Origin: Macrostomum lignano
Lineage: Eukaryota
Reading direction: 5' to 3'
DNA length: 64,000 bases
NCBI GenBank assembly: GCA_002269645.1
Contig: NIVC01000716.1
Location: forward strand, 83,426-147,425
Below the pieces are notes generated by a model. That model was not told the origin of the DNA, searched no databases, and saw only the letters and a program-made list of their open reading frames with translations. Below, piece by piece: positions 24,140 through 38,775 of the stretch. Every line of letters begins with the position of its first letter. The first letter of the stretch is position 1. Position numbers and translations under genes: made by a program.

Positions 24140-24800
24140 AGAAATTCTTCCAGATATGTGGCAAACAGCACATTGCTAGTTCCATGCAAAAAGCAAAATT
24201 TGGTTTTCATGTGGTCCTAAGTTCCTTCAATGTGGTTTGTATAGATGTGCAATGCATTTGGGTTGACAAAATATAGGCAAAGGTTGACTAATGACTATCA
24301 AGTGGTTTGGCAATGAGTTGTATGCCTGCCAGCCATTTATTATGATGTATGACCCTGGTAAGATATAATGTGCGATGATAGGGAGCATGGTGGTAGCCAG
24401 GGGCGTAGCCAAGAATTTCCTATGGGGGGGTACACCAAGGTAAAAGCGCTATGACAAAGTCACATGGTAGCATGTATAGCAACAAAGGGCAACAAAAAAG
24501 TTTTGGTCAGGCTCTTCAGGGGGGATACATCCCCCCTATCCCCCATCCCTATGCCCCTGGTGGCAGCCTTATGGTCTAGAACAACTACTATCATACACTG
24601 AGTTGAACAATACTTCACCATGCTAGGCACCTACTGACCAGGTTAGAAGGCATCCTGATAGAACTTACAGTGCATGAAATAAGACTTGTCAACCTCTATA
24701 TCAACACTAGAGCTACCAAGCTAGACTAGGTGGTCTTCTAGCACCTGGGCATATATATTGCAAATAAAGTTTTGCCAGTCTACTATAGCCTGGTAGCCAA
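24140..24800 (-). mobile_element. Decayed Merlin (IS1016/ISXO2-like DDE) transposase fossil, interrupted by a MITE
   Basis: Minus strand reads IEVDKSYFMHCKF...GQ*V...VLDHK[MITE]ATTMLPIIAHYILPGSYIIINGWQAYNSLPNH...YTNHIEGT*DHMKTKF...YLEEFLW. This matches the ISXO2 motifs VEVDESYF, PGS.I.SDGW.AY, HTN.IEG.W and YL.EF.WR. Confidence 0.82.
24398..24559. mobile_element. 162-bp hAT-type MITE
   Basis: TIRs CAGGGGCGTAG ... CTATGCCCCTG (one CpG transition); 8-bp TSD GTGGTAGC (24390-24397) / GTGGCAGC (24560-24567). Confidence 0.85.
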
Positions 24801-25097
24801 TACCTGTCTAGATACAACACTCAGACTGTTTTGCTTGCAGTGTCTACCAATATACAAAATATGACAATCTGCTATAAGGATAGTTTTGATGCTTCAAAGA
24901 ACAAATCTTTGTGCATAGACACTTGAATATGGCATACTATGCAAGCCCAAGCAATACCATCAATGTACTAGTCTCTAGGATTGTATTATAGATGCATAGG
25001 TGCATCACTAGCCCTACAATCATATTGGTTCTTAAAGAGTCAGTAGATTGCTAGCCATTCCATAGTCTAGATCATGCTGGGTGCATACCTAAACAAT

Positions 25098-25745
25098 AGT
25101 GTTCCGCTATAGCCATAGCTAGGGCTACGGGATCCTAGGGCAAATACAGTAAAATAGGTGCCTACAGCAGCTACGGATACACCTACGGTAGCTAGCTGCT
25201 CTTACGGCTATGACTACAGAAATATGGTAGTTGCTGTCATATTCTGTAGATTCCCATAGCCATAGTTATTAATATTAAAAAATTGAAAAAATATTAGAAA
25301 CAGGTAGAATAAAACAAAGATATTTTTGGTAAACTGTATTATCAGCCTATAAACTTATAAAATATATATAAAAAAGTACAATAAAACACTAGCAAACTCT
25401 AATTTTAATTTATGTAAAAATGTTTTGCGCTAGTACTTTCAGTAACGATTAAGACGTATTGTTGCTCTGAAAAAAGACAAAATATAATCTTACAAGGGCA
25501 ATCGAGTGTTTCTTTATTTTCTAACTTAATTTGCAATTTTTTAAGCACTAGGTTATCCTCTTGATTCAAAATATTTTGTTTTCTAGACTTTTTGTTAGAA
25601 CTATGGCTATGGCTACGGGAACTATATGGGAATATGGTAATTTTGAGGTCCCTATAACTATGGAATACAGAGAATTGGAATAAGCCATAGTTTTGCTTAT
25701 GGCTATGACTACAGTATATGGACCCTCCTTATGGCGGAACAGTAC
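25098..25745. mobile_element. Probable non-autonomous DNA element with degenerate TIRs and decayed (GGCTAC)n subterminal motifs
   Basis: Left GTGTTCCGCTATA versus right TATGGCGGAACAG. GGCTACGG/GGCTATGG/GACTACAG motifs occur at both ends. No TSD confirmed. Confidence 0.45.
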
Positions 25746-26519
25746 CAAACAAAAATTGAATAATTACAAATGCACAGCTAAAAAAAATTGAGTGCATACC
25801 TATTCTCAAAACTACACCAATGTTGCCACAATAAATGATGTTTTTCTACATTGTGACAATAAATGATCTTTTTAAATTGAAAAAATGGACCCTTTTGGCA
25901 TATAATTTAGTAATTTTTTTGTTTTTTTGGCAATACTATTTACAGTAGAAAATTGATACAAACAAAGATTTGTTTAAATGCTTTATTACATTAAAATGCT
26001 TTATTGAAAAATGGGAAAGCTTGAAATTTATGCTTAAAATGAATTTGTTTATCCTTTTTCTATTTTATAATAACTTTTCCACATTATTCTATAAAGTGTA
26101 TGCCAGGCATGCATACATACTATTTTCTTAGAAGTGATGCACACCAACTGTGCATGCTTACTTTTGGCATGCAAGGCCAATGCACACCCAAATTTTTGGG
26201 CATATACTATATGATCCAGAGTGTGGCAGCCATTCAATAGTTTGTGAGATGTCCTATGTTAGCCTAGCTAACTTTGCCATTGGCATGTTTCTTTTACCTT
26301 AATAGTATTATGTAACAAATTCAGACTCACAATAAATGATGATGCTATAAGATAGCCTCCTAGTATACTATTGATAGATTTTGCTAGATGGTCAACTATG
26401 GACCATCATTCAAGAAGTATGATTTCAAGGCTTAATGAAAATTGCATTATCAATATATAATTAAGATTGAAAAACTTTATAACAAAAAGCTCAATGATGT
26501 ATACAACTATGCTAAAAAG

Positions 26520-26995
26520 AATGTCTAGCAGCAGCTTGACGGCTTGACGTTAATAGCAATTACATATGGCATTTGGTCAGAAAAGGGCTTGTCTTTTTCA
26601 TCATTTTTTAGCATAATTTTCATCACCCCACACTTAAAGGTTACGAACAAGATAAAAAAATAATTAAACGCGGGAAAGTTCATGATCGCCGTTCATACTT
26701 CTAACATTGCAAGTGTGCAAAGTGATATTCTCATTGACTAGAATATTAAGAGTAGGGCCTAAAACAATAGCAATTGTTATTGACAATGCTACTAATATGC
26801 TAAAGGCAGTGTGCACAATGCTACCTTCTTCAGCCAATGGTGCTGCAGCTGATTCCAATTTCTTAGAAAATCTCACAGCTCATAAGCTGAATCTAATTGT
26901 GCAAGCTGCATTAAAGTAGCAGCCATCTGTTGAGGCAATTATTAGCAAATGCCAACACTTTGTTAGCTCAATGCACAATTCAACAATATCTCTAG
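26520..26995 (+). mobile_element. hAT transposase fragment
   Basis: IAITYGIWS (about 26553) and KTIAIVIDNATNMLKAV...LTAHKLNLIVQAAL...IISKCQHFV match the hAT motifs T.D.W, VTDNAANM and C.AH.LNL.V. Confidence 0.72.
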
Positions 26996-29900
26996 TATAA
27001 TCTATATTCATATTCATATGATATGAATATATAGGCCTATATATAATTCTTTCTTCACAGACTTCACTTTGAATAAAAATTATAATTTTTTCTTAATATC
27101 AATATCATTATCAGTTTATTCACAAACTAAAAATAGGCTATACCCTACATTATAAACAGTTCTAATCGAAAGGTTTAAATTAAAACTATAGATGTTAGTT
27201 TTAAACATAGGAAAAACATAGACATAAAAATATAAAATATAGATATAGGTCATAGGATTAGGAACACAATTAAAATTGATAATGCCGTTGATGGTGACGT
27301 TCATTATGATTTAGGCCCTAATTTTTAACATTGAAGAAACCGATGGGCCGCGTTGTTCTAAAAAATACAAATCGAATTCGACATAAACTATCGATAGCTG
27401 AGATAGCTATGATCGCTATCTCAGATATTAACATTGATATCGATGTCGATATAATTTTATTTTTTTCTAAGATTATGTCATGAGGACGGGGGGTTTTAAG
27501 GGTAGTAGTAGTAGTAGTAAGTTTGGTGCAGGCAAGAAGCCTGTTTGGCCAATAATTTTCAATGCATTTATTAGTAATTCAAGAGTAGAAGGAAATATTT
27601 ATGCATAAGTACGTGAGTTTTGCAGTAATATAGTATTTGAAAGAGCGCCTAAATTTTTTCTACGAAACTTCAAACGATCTTTAACGACTAACGAAGCAAC
27701 GAAGGGTCTCTCTCTTGGCTGCTGGTTGAATTTTAGGCGCTTTTCGGCCGTTCAAATCGGTGCGGTTTCCGGCGATTCAAACAAACTCGGGCGAATTCTC
27801 GGCTTGCAGATAACGGGAGCCCCGGCTGCTGAGTTCCTCAAGCTCAGGGGGAGGGGAGCTGTGGTCGCGGCTGAGCGGTCTAGTTTTGCCGAGAATTGAA
27901 TGCCGAATGCAGAAATTGTAGCTGATTACGGGAAACTTAAGATAAACTAATTTGTCGAGAGTGTTACTGTAAGTAGTAGTTCGCTGCCGCCACCGCGGTT
28001 ATACGCGGGAAAAGCTCTAAAGCTCAAAACTAGCTCGAGTTGCCCTTAGAACTTCTCTTGAAACCACCGAGGGTCAAAATAAAACTTCCGAAGTCACAAA
28101 GGCTAAGACACCGTTTCAAACACACACAAAGTTAAATAGGCCGGAATAGATACTTGGCCGGTGGCTCAATATTATTATTATTGCACAAAACTGATTCTGG
28201 CACTCAACTGTAAACAATTAGGTCCACTATTATTATGATAACGTGAATTAGTTGTTCAGGAGAGGAGCTGGTCGGGTAGGGAAGCAGGGCTTACGGTAGG
28301 GTCCCCTCGAATATCTGGAGCTCGGAGCTCGGGACGGGGTGAGTTCAAACGAGAAGGGGGTTCCAGTCGAGTCTGGCTGGGAAATGAGGGGCGTAGACTC
28401 TTAAATAACGCTCTCATGAGCCACCGAGAGGAAAGGGGTTACACCGGGGTGGGAAGAGAGTTACACACAGAGAAAAAGGGGTCGAGTACACCGGGTGGTG
28501 ACGATTAAACACCGGGTGTTAACCCTATTCAAAGCACAGTAAAACAAAGTTACACGGAGAGTGGGAGCCCAAAAACACTAAGAGGCTTTTCATATTACCA
28601 ATTCCAGAATCAGAATCGGTTCGGATCTTCCAAGAAAAACAGCAGTATAACTATTTAATTCTGTTGAATGTTTGACTGCCTAATTAACAACCTCAGCACA
28701 ATTTTTCAATTTCTTCTTGGCGATTGTCATTCAATAATAAAAACTTTATAGCACGTATCTCCCTCTAGTTATGGAACCAGAACAAGCAATATAAAGGCCC
28801 TAAGAGGAAAAAGGGGATTTCCACGCAGGGAAATGACGTCAGCTAGCATGCGTAATCCACACAGAGGAAATAACATTACATTCGGTGGGAATAGTGGGAG
28901 GCCTCGCCTACCATGCACTATTAAAAGCCGATTTAAAAAAACTTGCATCGACGAATAAAATACGAGCGTAGTTAAACAACCATGCATGCATAAACCACAA
29001 CGAAAAAGCCTTTAGGCACAATAAAGACATTTTTTGTTCGAAATGAAGTATTTATTAACGATTTTAAAGATTTTTTATGTTTGATGCCAAATCGGTTCTT
29101 CGGCTATCTACAGCTTGCTCGATCCATAAGGCTCGTAGATCCCTTGCACGCGGGCAACATGGTTTATTGCTTCTGATGTCCCAGAGATCTAACTTCTCGT
29201 GAAAACGGTCCTATATGCAACAATAAACAAGCACTGCATGGCAGCTCTTGTTGGTTAGCTTCTGCTGACTGTCTCGTAGACTGATGCTAGCCGTCTGCAT
29301 ATACATATACATGTAAACGTTGTACACAGAATCATTGGTGGCGCCAGCGGCCTGGCTCACTTCCAATTGCCTCCTCCCCAAAAAATTGCGCCTCTAAAAA
29401 AAACAAAATTAAAAGCCAACCAAATTCAATGAATTTCAGAAATTCTTGCCACCCTGATATAGGACATTGCATCAGAAACAAAGGTACATATAAATCTGTG
29501 ACGATATTGGCGTGGCGGCCTCTAGAACGAGCGAAGACAAATGAATGCGGCAGAGGTGAAATTGTAGCGGTAGCACTTGGCACTTGGCAGTAATTTTAAT
29601 TAGCGTTAATACGATATCGCTGGCTGTAGACTTAATTTATTGTTAACCAAAGTACAAGACGTAACAATGCACTGGCGGCTACACAACAATAAAGTATAGC
29701 TTATGTAGTAGGAGTGGCGTGGCTGAGATTGGCAGAGGCGTGGCTAGAGCCGTGGCGGAGAGAGAGAAGGCGAGCGAATAAGTAAAGGCAGCCAGAGCCT
29801 GCAGTCAACACGGGTTCGCAAGGGTGCGAGAGTCTGAACGAAGTCTAAACAGGCAAGGGCCCCAAACGGGGTGGCGGCGGAGCAAAGGCCTAGAGAAATT

Positions 29901-31319
29901 ATCGATCGCGCAAAAACAGGAACAGAAATTATCGATCGCGCGCTGTACGCAGGGTTTACAGTTGTACGCAGTTGATTAAAATTCTTAGGGCACTACTTTA
30001 AGCAGACGTGAGAATACGAAACCGGCAATATTAAAGATTGGTACCGTATGTCAAAACGGCCCTTGGCGGGGCTACTGAAACTGACAACGTCACAATATCA
30101 TGTAGCTATAAGGGGCCCCAACTATGAGAGACATGGCGCCCGCCTATAGGAGATAGGGAAAACACCAAATATTGGCGCTGGAGTTACAATTCCTGCGTAC
30201 ATGTACGTTACAGCATGTAACGAAGATCGTCAAAGCAAGAAAAAGTTTCGGCAATACGAGTATTTCTGCTTTTTCAGTCACTTTATCAATTATTTAATAT
30301 TTAGATGGATTTTTCTTTGCAAAAAACTCAAAACAACTGAGCTTTTAGCATTGTCTCTCCATTTTTATATTTCCATGTTTTGTTGACCATGCATTTGGCC
30401 TGTTGCCGAAACGCCCAGGCAATATTCGACCCGAGGAAATAAGAGCACAATTTAGAAAAGAATTAAAGAACAACTTTTCACTGGCCCAGGACCAGCTGGA
30501 CCAGTGATCCTTGCAGTATAGTGTGGGCATTTTGCGCATGAAAAATTGCAAAGTCGCAATTTCAATGCACTTAATTCAACCAATATAAAGCTTGGTTTTC
30601 CCAAAGGTACAAGTGTGTTCAATAAGCGCTTTTTGACCCCGTTGGAAAGAATTATTCTCGAACGGAGAAAGGACTCATTGAACTTCTGGGCTGGAACACT
30701 TCAAGTTGTCGCTTCGAAATGCTCACTCAAAAGTTCATCTCACATTGTACTTTCCGCCATACGAGCGTGTTGCTTCAAATCAGATGCATTTATAAGTAAC
30801 TGCAACACAGAAAACCGAACTTGAGCGCCCTCGATGTTGAGTTACACGCTAGTGAAACTGAATTCCTGATGTAGCACGCGCTGCTTCACACGCAACTTCA
30901 TGACAAAAATTGTAAAAACAGATTAGGATATGATGCAAAAGCATATGGTCGGATGTGGTACAGAAAATAAATTATAAACTTATTAATCCATATTATCCAT
31001 TCAAATTTTTTGTTTGCTCAGTTTTTTTACACAGCTCACAGGGCAATAGAATTCCTCTCGGAACTGACAAACGGCGGACACTTCACAGAGATTCACAGAG
31101 ATTCACAGAGATTCAGAACAGTGCGGGGCAGGGCGGGAAGACGGCAGTAGGAATCTGGGAGATCGGGTTTCGCTTGTGCTGTAACATCTGGGCTGCTGCA
31201 ATGCGACATCTGCAATTTCAGTAGCCATCGGTGCTGCTGCACTTTTCACCGGATAGATAACTGAAAAACCGTGACTGCGTCTTCGGAACAAGTACAGACG
31301 AGTATGCAGAGACACTAAA

Positions 31320-32226
<907 letters not shown>

Positions 32227-33315
32227 TCGGAGAACCACTAGTTGCAGAACCCTATTGAAGGACTTGCGACAGCGGCTCCAATGAGTACCTACCTAAACGT
32301 GTACTTTTAAGCCACTCCAGAGTATTATCTTCAACACAATCTACAGGAAGCGCGATCTGCAGCCCATCTCTGCCGGATCAGCCATCTGCCTAACGGCCAG
32401 CACCGCAACCGTCTCTCATTGGCTCTCGCTGTGAGCCCAGCACTTCCGGCGGTTGATTTTAACCACTTCGTAAAAAGCGAAGCGCAGCCACAAGTGCAGG
32501 CAACGCGGCCCTCTCCGTGGCATTCCAGGCGGCTCCTCTTCCAAGTAAGGCTCAGCAGGCCCAATCAGCTCACCTGTTCGCCTGTCTGACGCGGCTGAAA
32601 CGACGCATAGAAAAGCTGCTGCAAACGAGCGTCAGGTGAGTGACGCCTCCGTGCAGTTTCCGTGAAGCTTCATCTCTCACGGGTTTTGTTAATTGCCCTG
32701 GCAGCAGTCCGTGTCCAGATAGTCGGCCGGTTGCTGCCTGGTTGCCTTGCGCTGGCCCGTTGGACGCGAGGAACTTGTCTCGCCAAGCGCCCAGTCAGGG
32801 CGGTGCAGCTCGTGGGCTTCATGGCGGGCTGTCTGGTGGGATGTTTGGCTATTTTTGACTAACGACCCACCGCGGAATGCATGCGTTTGGGGGGGGGCGG
32901 GGTTGCCGTGGGCTGCCGGCTTCTTCGCACTTTAGAATTAGGCACTGAAGTAGTTTCAGTTTTTCTCTTTTGCAGTTGTTCTGCATTTTGGCTCACAGAA
33001 AATGCTTCAGACTGCTCGAATGTTCTGTAGTTGGCATGCGCCGGGGCTACAGTTCGATGTGTTTCAATTGCATGTCCAACCTGACCGCTTCATCCCGAAA
33101 TTCGCGCTATTTTTAGCCAAAGTACTCGAAGTATTTGCGAATCAGTATCAGTGTGCAAAGTCAGACTATTTTTTAGAAGCAAGATGGTTCAAGACACCGT
33201 GCACGCGCTGCTGTACTGCAAGTAGTTATGAATGAATGTCTTCTACCCATGCTGCAGATTCACTGAGCTGCATTTCTGTCCCTCTCAGGCGCGGATCTTC
33301 AGCACAAAAGCAGGC

Positions 33316-33415
33316 ATGCTGCATCGACTGTTTCACGGCCGAGACAACAGGGACTACAAGCATCACAGAAAGGAGGATGTGGAGCCTGACTTCGCTGAGC
33401 GCTCCATCGGGTTCT
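33316..33415 (+). CDS. Candidate alternative first coding exon A of PKA-C (MLHRLFHGRDNRDYKHHRKEDVEPDFAERSIGF)
   Basis: ATG at 33316, open frame, phase-1 donor TTCT|gtgagt matching the phase-1 acceptor at 45785. Upstream acceptor ctctcag at 33282-33288. No homology support. Confidence 0.5.
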
Positions 33416-33512
33416 GTGAGTTGCCGTGCAAACAGAAACTTTTTGATGCTTAAAATTTCTTTTGTTGCAGAGAGGGCTGAACTTTAAGGACTATGAAAAA
33501 TGTAAAAAATCT

Positions 33513-34827
<1,315 letters not shown>

Positions 34828-35226
34828 GAGCAGCAGCTGCGGGAGGCAGCGGCCACGGCTGCAGTCCGCCAGCCGAGTCCCCATTGGCCCCGATGACAGT
34901 TCTTTCCATCCCATCGGCCTGGAGGCTGGCGGGGGTCTGCGGGGAAGCCAGCAGCATTTCGCCATCATCGAACCGGCGCTGCTGCGACCGCGGCGGCAGC
35001 GGGAAGGGCCGAAGGGCCGGTCGGTCCCAATCTGCAAATGGGGATTCGTGCACGAGGATCGTATTGTGCCGCGCAGGGGAAGCGGTGCTGCACTTTCCTG
35101 CCCAGACTGGGTGGGGATGGGAAACGGTAGAAAATAGAAACCATGGGCCCCAGGCACGGCGCAAAAATTTTCCTGTCCTTGCTGCTACACAGTTAACGAA
35201 ATACACGCGGCATTCAATTCAAGACA

Positions 35227-35263
35227 ATGAAAGAGAAGGAGCTGGACAAGATGAAGACCTGGT
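35227..35263 (+). CDS. Candidate alternative first coding exon B of PKA-C (MKEKELDKMKTW)
   Basis: ATG preceded by an in-frame stop; phase-1 donor TGGT|gtaagt; upstream acceptor ctacacag at 35185-35192. Confidence 0.5.
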
Positions 35264-35389
35264 GTAAGTTGCTTTTTTGGTGGCTGTTTTGTTCAAATGG
35301 CTCCTTTTGAATGATTTTTGTCAGCAGAAAGGCTTCTAAATAAAAACTGGATATAGTACATCACTTGAGTTTTCTATGAGTGTAGGACG

Positions 35390-35585
35390 GAAGCTGGGTC
35401 TGCTAGTGAGGGAGGGAAGCTGGGTCTGTCAGTGGGTCTGCCAGTGAGGGAGGGAAGCTGGGTCTGTCAGTGAGAGAGGGAAGCTGGGTCTCGGTGAGGG
35501 AGGGAAGCTGAGTCTGTCAGTGAGGGAGGGGAAAGCTGGGTCTCGGTGAGGGAGGGAAGCTGGGTCTCGGTGAGGGAGGGAAGCT
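35390..35585. repeat. Degenerate 25-27-bp tandem repeat (GGGAAGCTGGGTCTGTCAGTGAGGGA)
   Basis: About 7 copies read directly. Confidence 0.8.
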
Positions 35586-36097
35586 GGTCAAGGTAGTCCT
35601 AACAAAGCTAAGCGCGCTATTACCCGAGCTGGAAAATGTGAGGACCCGGCAGAAGCACTAACTTGCGAGCGCAGTGGCGGGGAAAAGTCCAAATGGCGGC
35701 GATTCCATCTGGATTCCCGAATCCAAATTGCAGCGGCTTTCGGCATTCGGCAGCCTGAAATGATGGACAGGTCGCTGGTGATGGGGTCGGGGTTTTGCTG
35801 GGCAGCAACTGTTGCTGGGTGCCCCCTGCCCCGCCCGGTCGCTGGGACGGAAGCCGCTATCTGCTAAATGCCTCCTTAGTCTTATGCGTCTTGGCTAATG
35901 CGGGGAGATTTCGTAATTTGTGAAGACGAAAGACGGGGAAGCAGGGGGTCCATGACTGACTGACTGGGGCATCTAGGCTCGTTTAGCAGAGCTCGGTGTA
36001 CTTTTATGAGGTAAACAACGGCTAAGGTGTCTGCTTTCGCCGTGGCAACTGCACCGCCATGGAGCTGGCAGCTCGCTGATCTGGCAACTAGGTGAAA

Positions 36098-37980
36098 TCA
36101 CATATCGATGTAGCATCGATTCAAGGCCTGGGTGCGAACGTAGGCCGCACCGTCGGCAGTGTCTGGGGCACCGTCATCACCCAGCAGGCAGTCGACGAAA
36201 CGCCGAGTGCGCGCCTGTCCCCGCCAGTAGGGTGCCTGCAGCGTCAGCAGCAGCAGCACCTCCTGCATCGGCTGCGGGCAGTACATCTCGGCTAGGATGA
36301 AATGGCTTGCCAGCTGAAGTCGCCGACGGCGCAACAGCTCGCTGGGACGGGACAGGTCGGTGCGGCGATAGAGTGCCGCATTGGTGACTCGCTCGTAGCC
36401 GATCGTGAAGGCGGCGCGCAGCAGGCCTGAGTGCTCCGGACCGATCAGCTGTTCGAGCGAATCCGTCAGCGTCCAGGTCTCGGCGTTTTACTACAGGACG
36501 GTCTCGATCACCGCCTGAAACAACGCCGCCCTCTGGCGGTCGGGCAGGGCCTCGGACTGCAGGACAACCCTCAAGGAGCGGAACGCAGTCCAGGAAAATC
36601 CACGGCGACGTCGTAGGTCCTCGCGAACGTCAGGCACCAGACCGCCGAGTTAGACGAACTGCTGACAGCACGGAAGCTTCGTCACCGTCACAGCACAGCA
36701 CGGATAGCGACGATTTGCGCCATGGTCCATTCGTTGGGTGCCGCCTCACCGAAAAGCACGCGGTTCATCACACCGCATGCTTTCATCACATCGCTGGCCA
36801 CACAGTGTAGTCGTAGCGCCTCGATGGGCCCCTCGTCCGGACCCAGCGCTTTGCAGCCCGGAGTCCTCAGGGCGAGCATCAAAACATCGGCTGTGCTGAC
36901 TGGGGCTACATTGAAACTCTCCTCTGCCGGCAATGGCGTCCCCGGCGGCAGCCTCAAATCATTTGGCAGCGGGGCGGCGGCGCGTTGATGACGGCGAAGA
37001 ACTCGCGCAGCTCATTTCTGCGCTCATCCGGAGTATCGCCAGCCAGGTTGAGTGCGATGCGCCGCTTCCGCCCGCCCGGTCAGAGCGTTGATAACGGCCC
37101 AGGCCACGCGCCCTTTGGCGTCGGGTCCAGTGGCGGTGACGGCCTGGATGGCGTCGTCAACAGCGGCCTGTTGCTGCTGCAGGTAGACAGCCGCCAGAGC
37201 CTCCTCCGCCTCGCGAGTTGGCTGCCTGCTCAGACGGAGCCTCTCCAACTCTGGCCCTCGCTTGCCGAATCGGAGGGTCATTCTGTCAGACCGGCTGCCT
37301 AGGTTGGGCCGGTTGAATCAGCGGGACTGCTTGCTCCGCCGCGGCTCTAACCGCGGCACTTCCCTCCGTGTACTCGGCGCGCCTGCACCAAGCGCGCTGA
37401 CGAAGGCGCTAGCGAAATGCAAAATGGCGACGCGGCTGGGTGTTGATGAGCACACGGTAATAGCGCCGCAGTGGCCGCTTCTGCGGACGGTAAAGCGGAT
37501 CGCGTACACGCAGGTTGCACACGAGGAGCCGGTGGTCGGACCGCAGAGCCAGCGGCGTGATGGTGCGGCAGTTGACGGCCCGGCGGCGCTCACGAAGACG
37601 CACGAGCACGTGGTCGAGCTGTGCCTGCCTCCGCGGCAGATGTCACAAACAGCGACCGTTCGGACCTACACGAAACCATGTCCAGGTCTTTGAAGACGAC
37701 CACCGTGTCACGCTGCAAGCTGCACGCGGTTTCCTCCACCTGCGCCGAGAACTGCTCGTCAAGAAGACTTGAGCCTCGTCAGGTCGGGCGGAAGGAGGCG
37801 CGTACGCGCAGAACAGGCGAGCATTCCGGCCGCGAAGCCGAACGTCGACCCGAAGCAGCCGGTCAGACAGGGAGATGCAGCGACAGCTCTGCTGCAGCCT
37901 CGGTCTGATCAGCGCTCCAACTCCTCCACAGCTTTGTTGGTCCGCCGACGTGTACCAGGGGGTCCAACCGGCGCCTAGAT
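36098..37980 (-). mobile_element. RTE-like non-LTR retrotransposon, 5'-truncated and internally deleted
   Basis: APE endonuclease (GGVGALIRP...SDRLLRV...FCAYAPP; QLDHVLV...LRSDHRLLVC), start of RT (KALGPDEGPIEALR...APNEWTMAQIVAI), then directly FV*LGG, LFQAVIETVL...ETWTL and LLRRRRLQLASH, as in RTE-type C-termini. Confidence 0.82.
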
Positions 37981-38639
37981 ACCCAATTCTGACCAGTAAT
38001 TTATCTTGGGAGCACTATACCAGTTGTCTACGATTGGGTCAGTCACAATGGGGTCGTTTCATAAACCCGAATTTTCACAATTTCGAAATACACTGGAGAG
38101 ATAGGAGACTTCACAAACCGAAATTTCAAAGTCGGGTTTATGAAAGCGCCCGCCACAATGCACTTCTGTCTGACACGTGGCTCTGGGCTGATTGCATACC
38201 TCTAGCTATGGGTATTACAAGCAGTTCAGCAGGTGCGAGAATAAAAGTTGTAAATTTTTCCTCTGATTTCACCTGCATGAGTGCGGCTCTAGGGCTTGCG
38301 GCGCTGCTGCTGCAGACAGCCAAACTAAGCATTGTGCACCTTGATCCCTTGATCCCTGGCAAGCCAGATACAGCACCGGTGCAACCCCGGTAGCCACTGA
38401 ACTGCGGTGGCATTCCAAGCGGGAAATGGTGGAACCATTTGTCAATTGGGGCCGCGGGTTGGCGGGGCCTCCGAGCTGTGCAAGAAATTGCAAGAAACTG
38501 CTTCTTCTTCAGCTGACACACGGACACGAGTAATTGTAATTTACTGCCTGTGTACTGCTGCTTTGAAGCTTAATGTCATTCTTTTATAACTATATCATAC
38601 TTTATTACACTCCTTTATATTCTATTATATTGTATTCGA

Positions 38640-38775
38640 TTCTAGTCTATTTTATTCTATCCTATTCTATTCTATTCTATTCCACGTCTATTCTATCCTA
38701 TTCTATTCCATTCTACTCCTATTCTATTCTATTCTATTCTATTCTATTCTATTCTATTCTATTCTATTCTATTTC
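38640..38775. repeat. (TATTC)n microsatellite
   Basis: Read directly. Confidence 0.9.

Noticed and set aside
27968-28600. Possible LTR beginning TGTAAG
   Set aside because: None of the downstream TTACA ends has a matching TSD; the GTAAGT may instead be the donor of a non-coding exon.
29330-30180. TGGCGCC primer-binding-site-like motifs
   Set aside because: The match to a tRNA 3' end is too short, and no adjacent LTR end or gag/pol sequence was recognised.
30340-30830. Protein-like broken frames
   Set aside because: No recognisable family or consistent splice sites; needs a tBLASTx search to decide.
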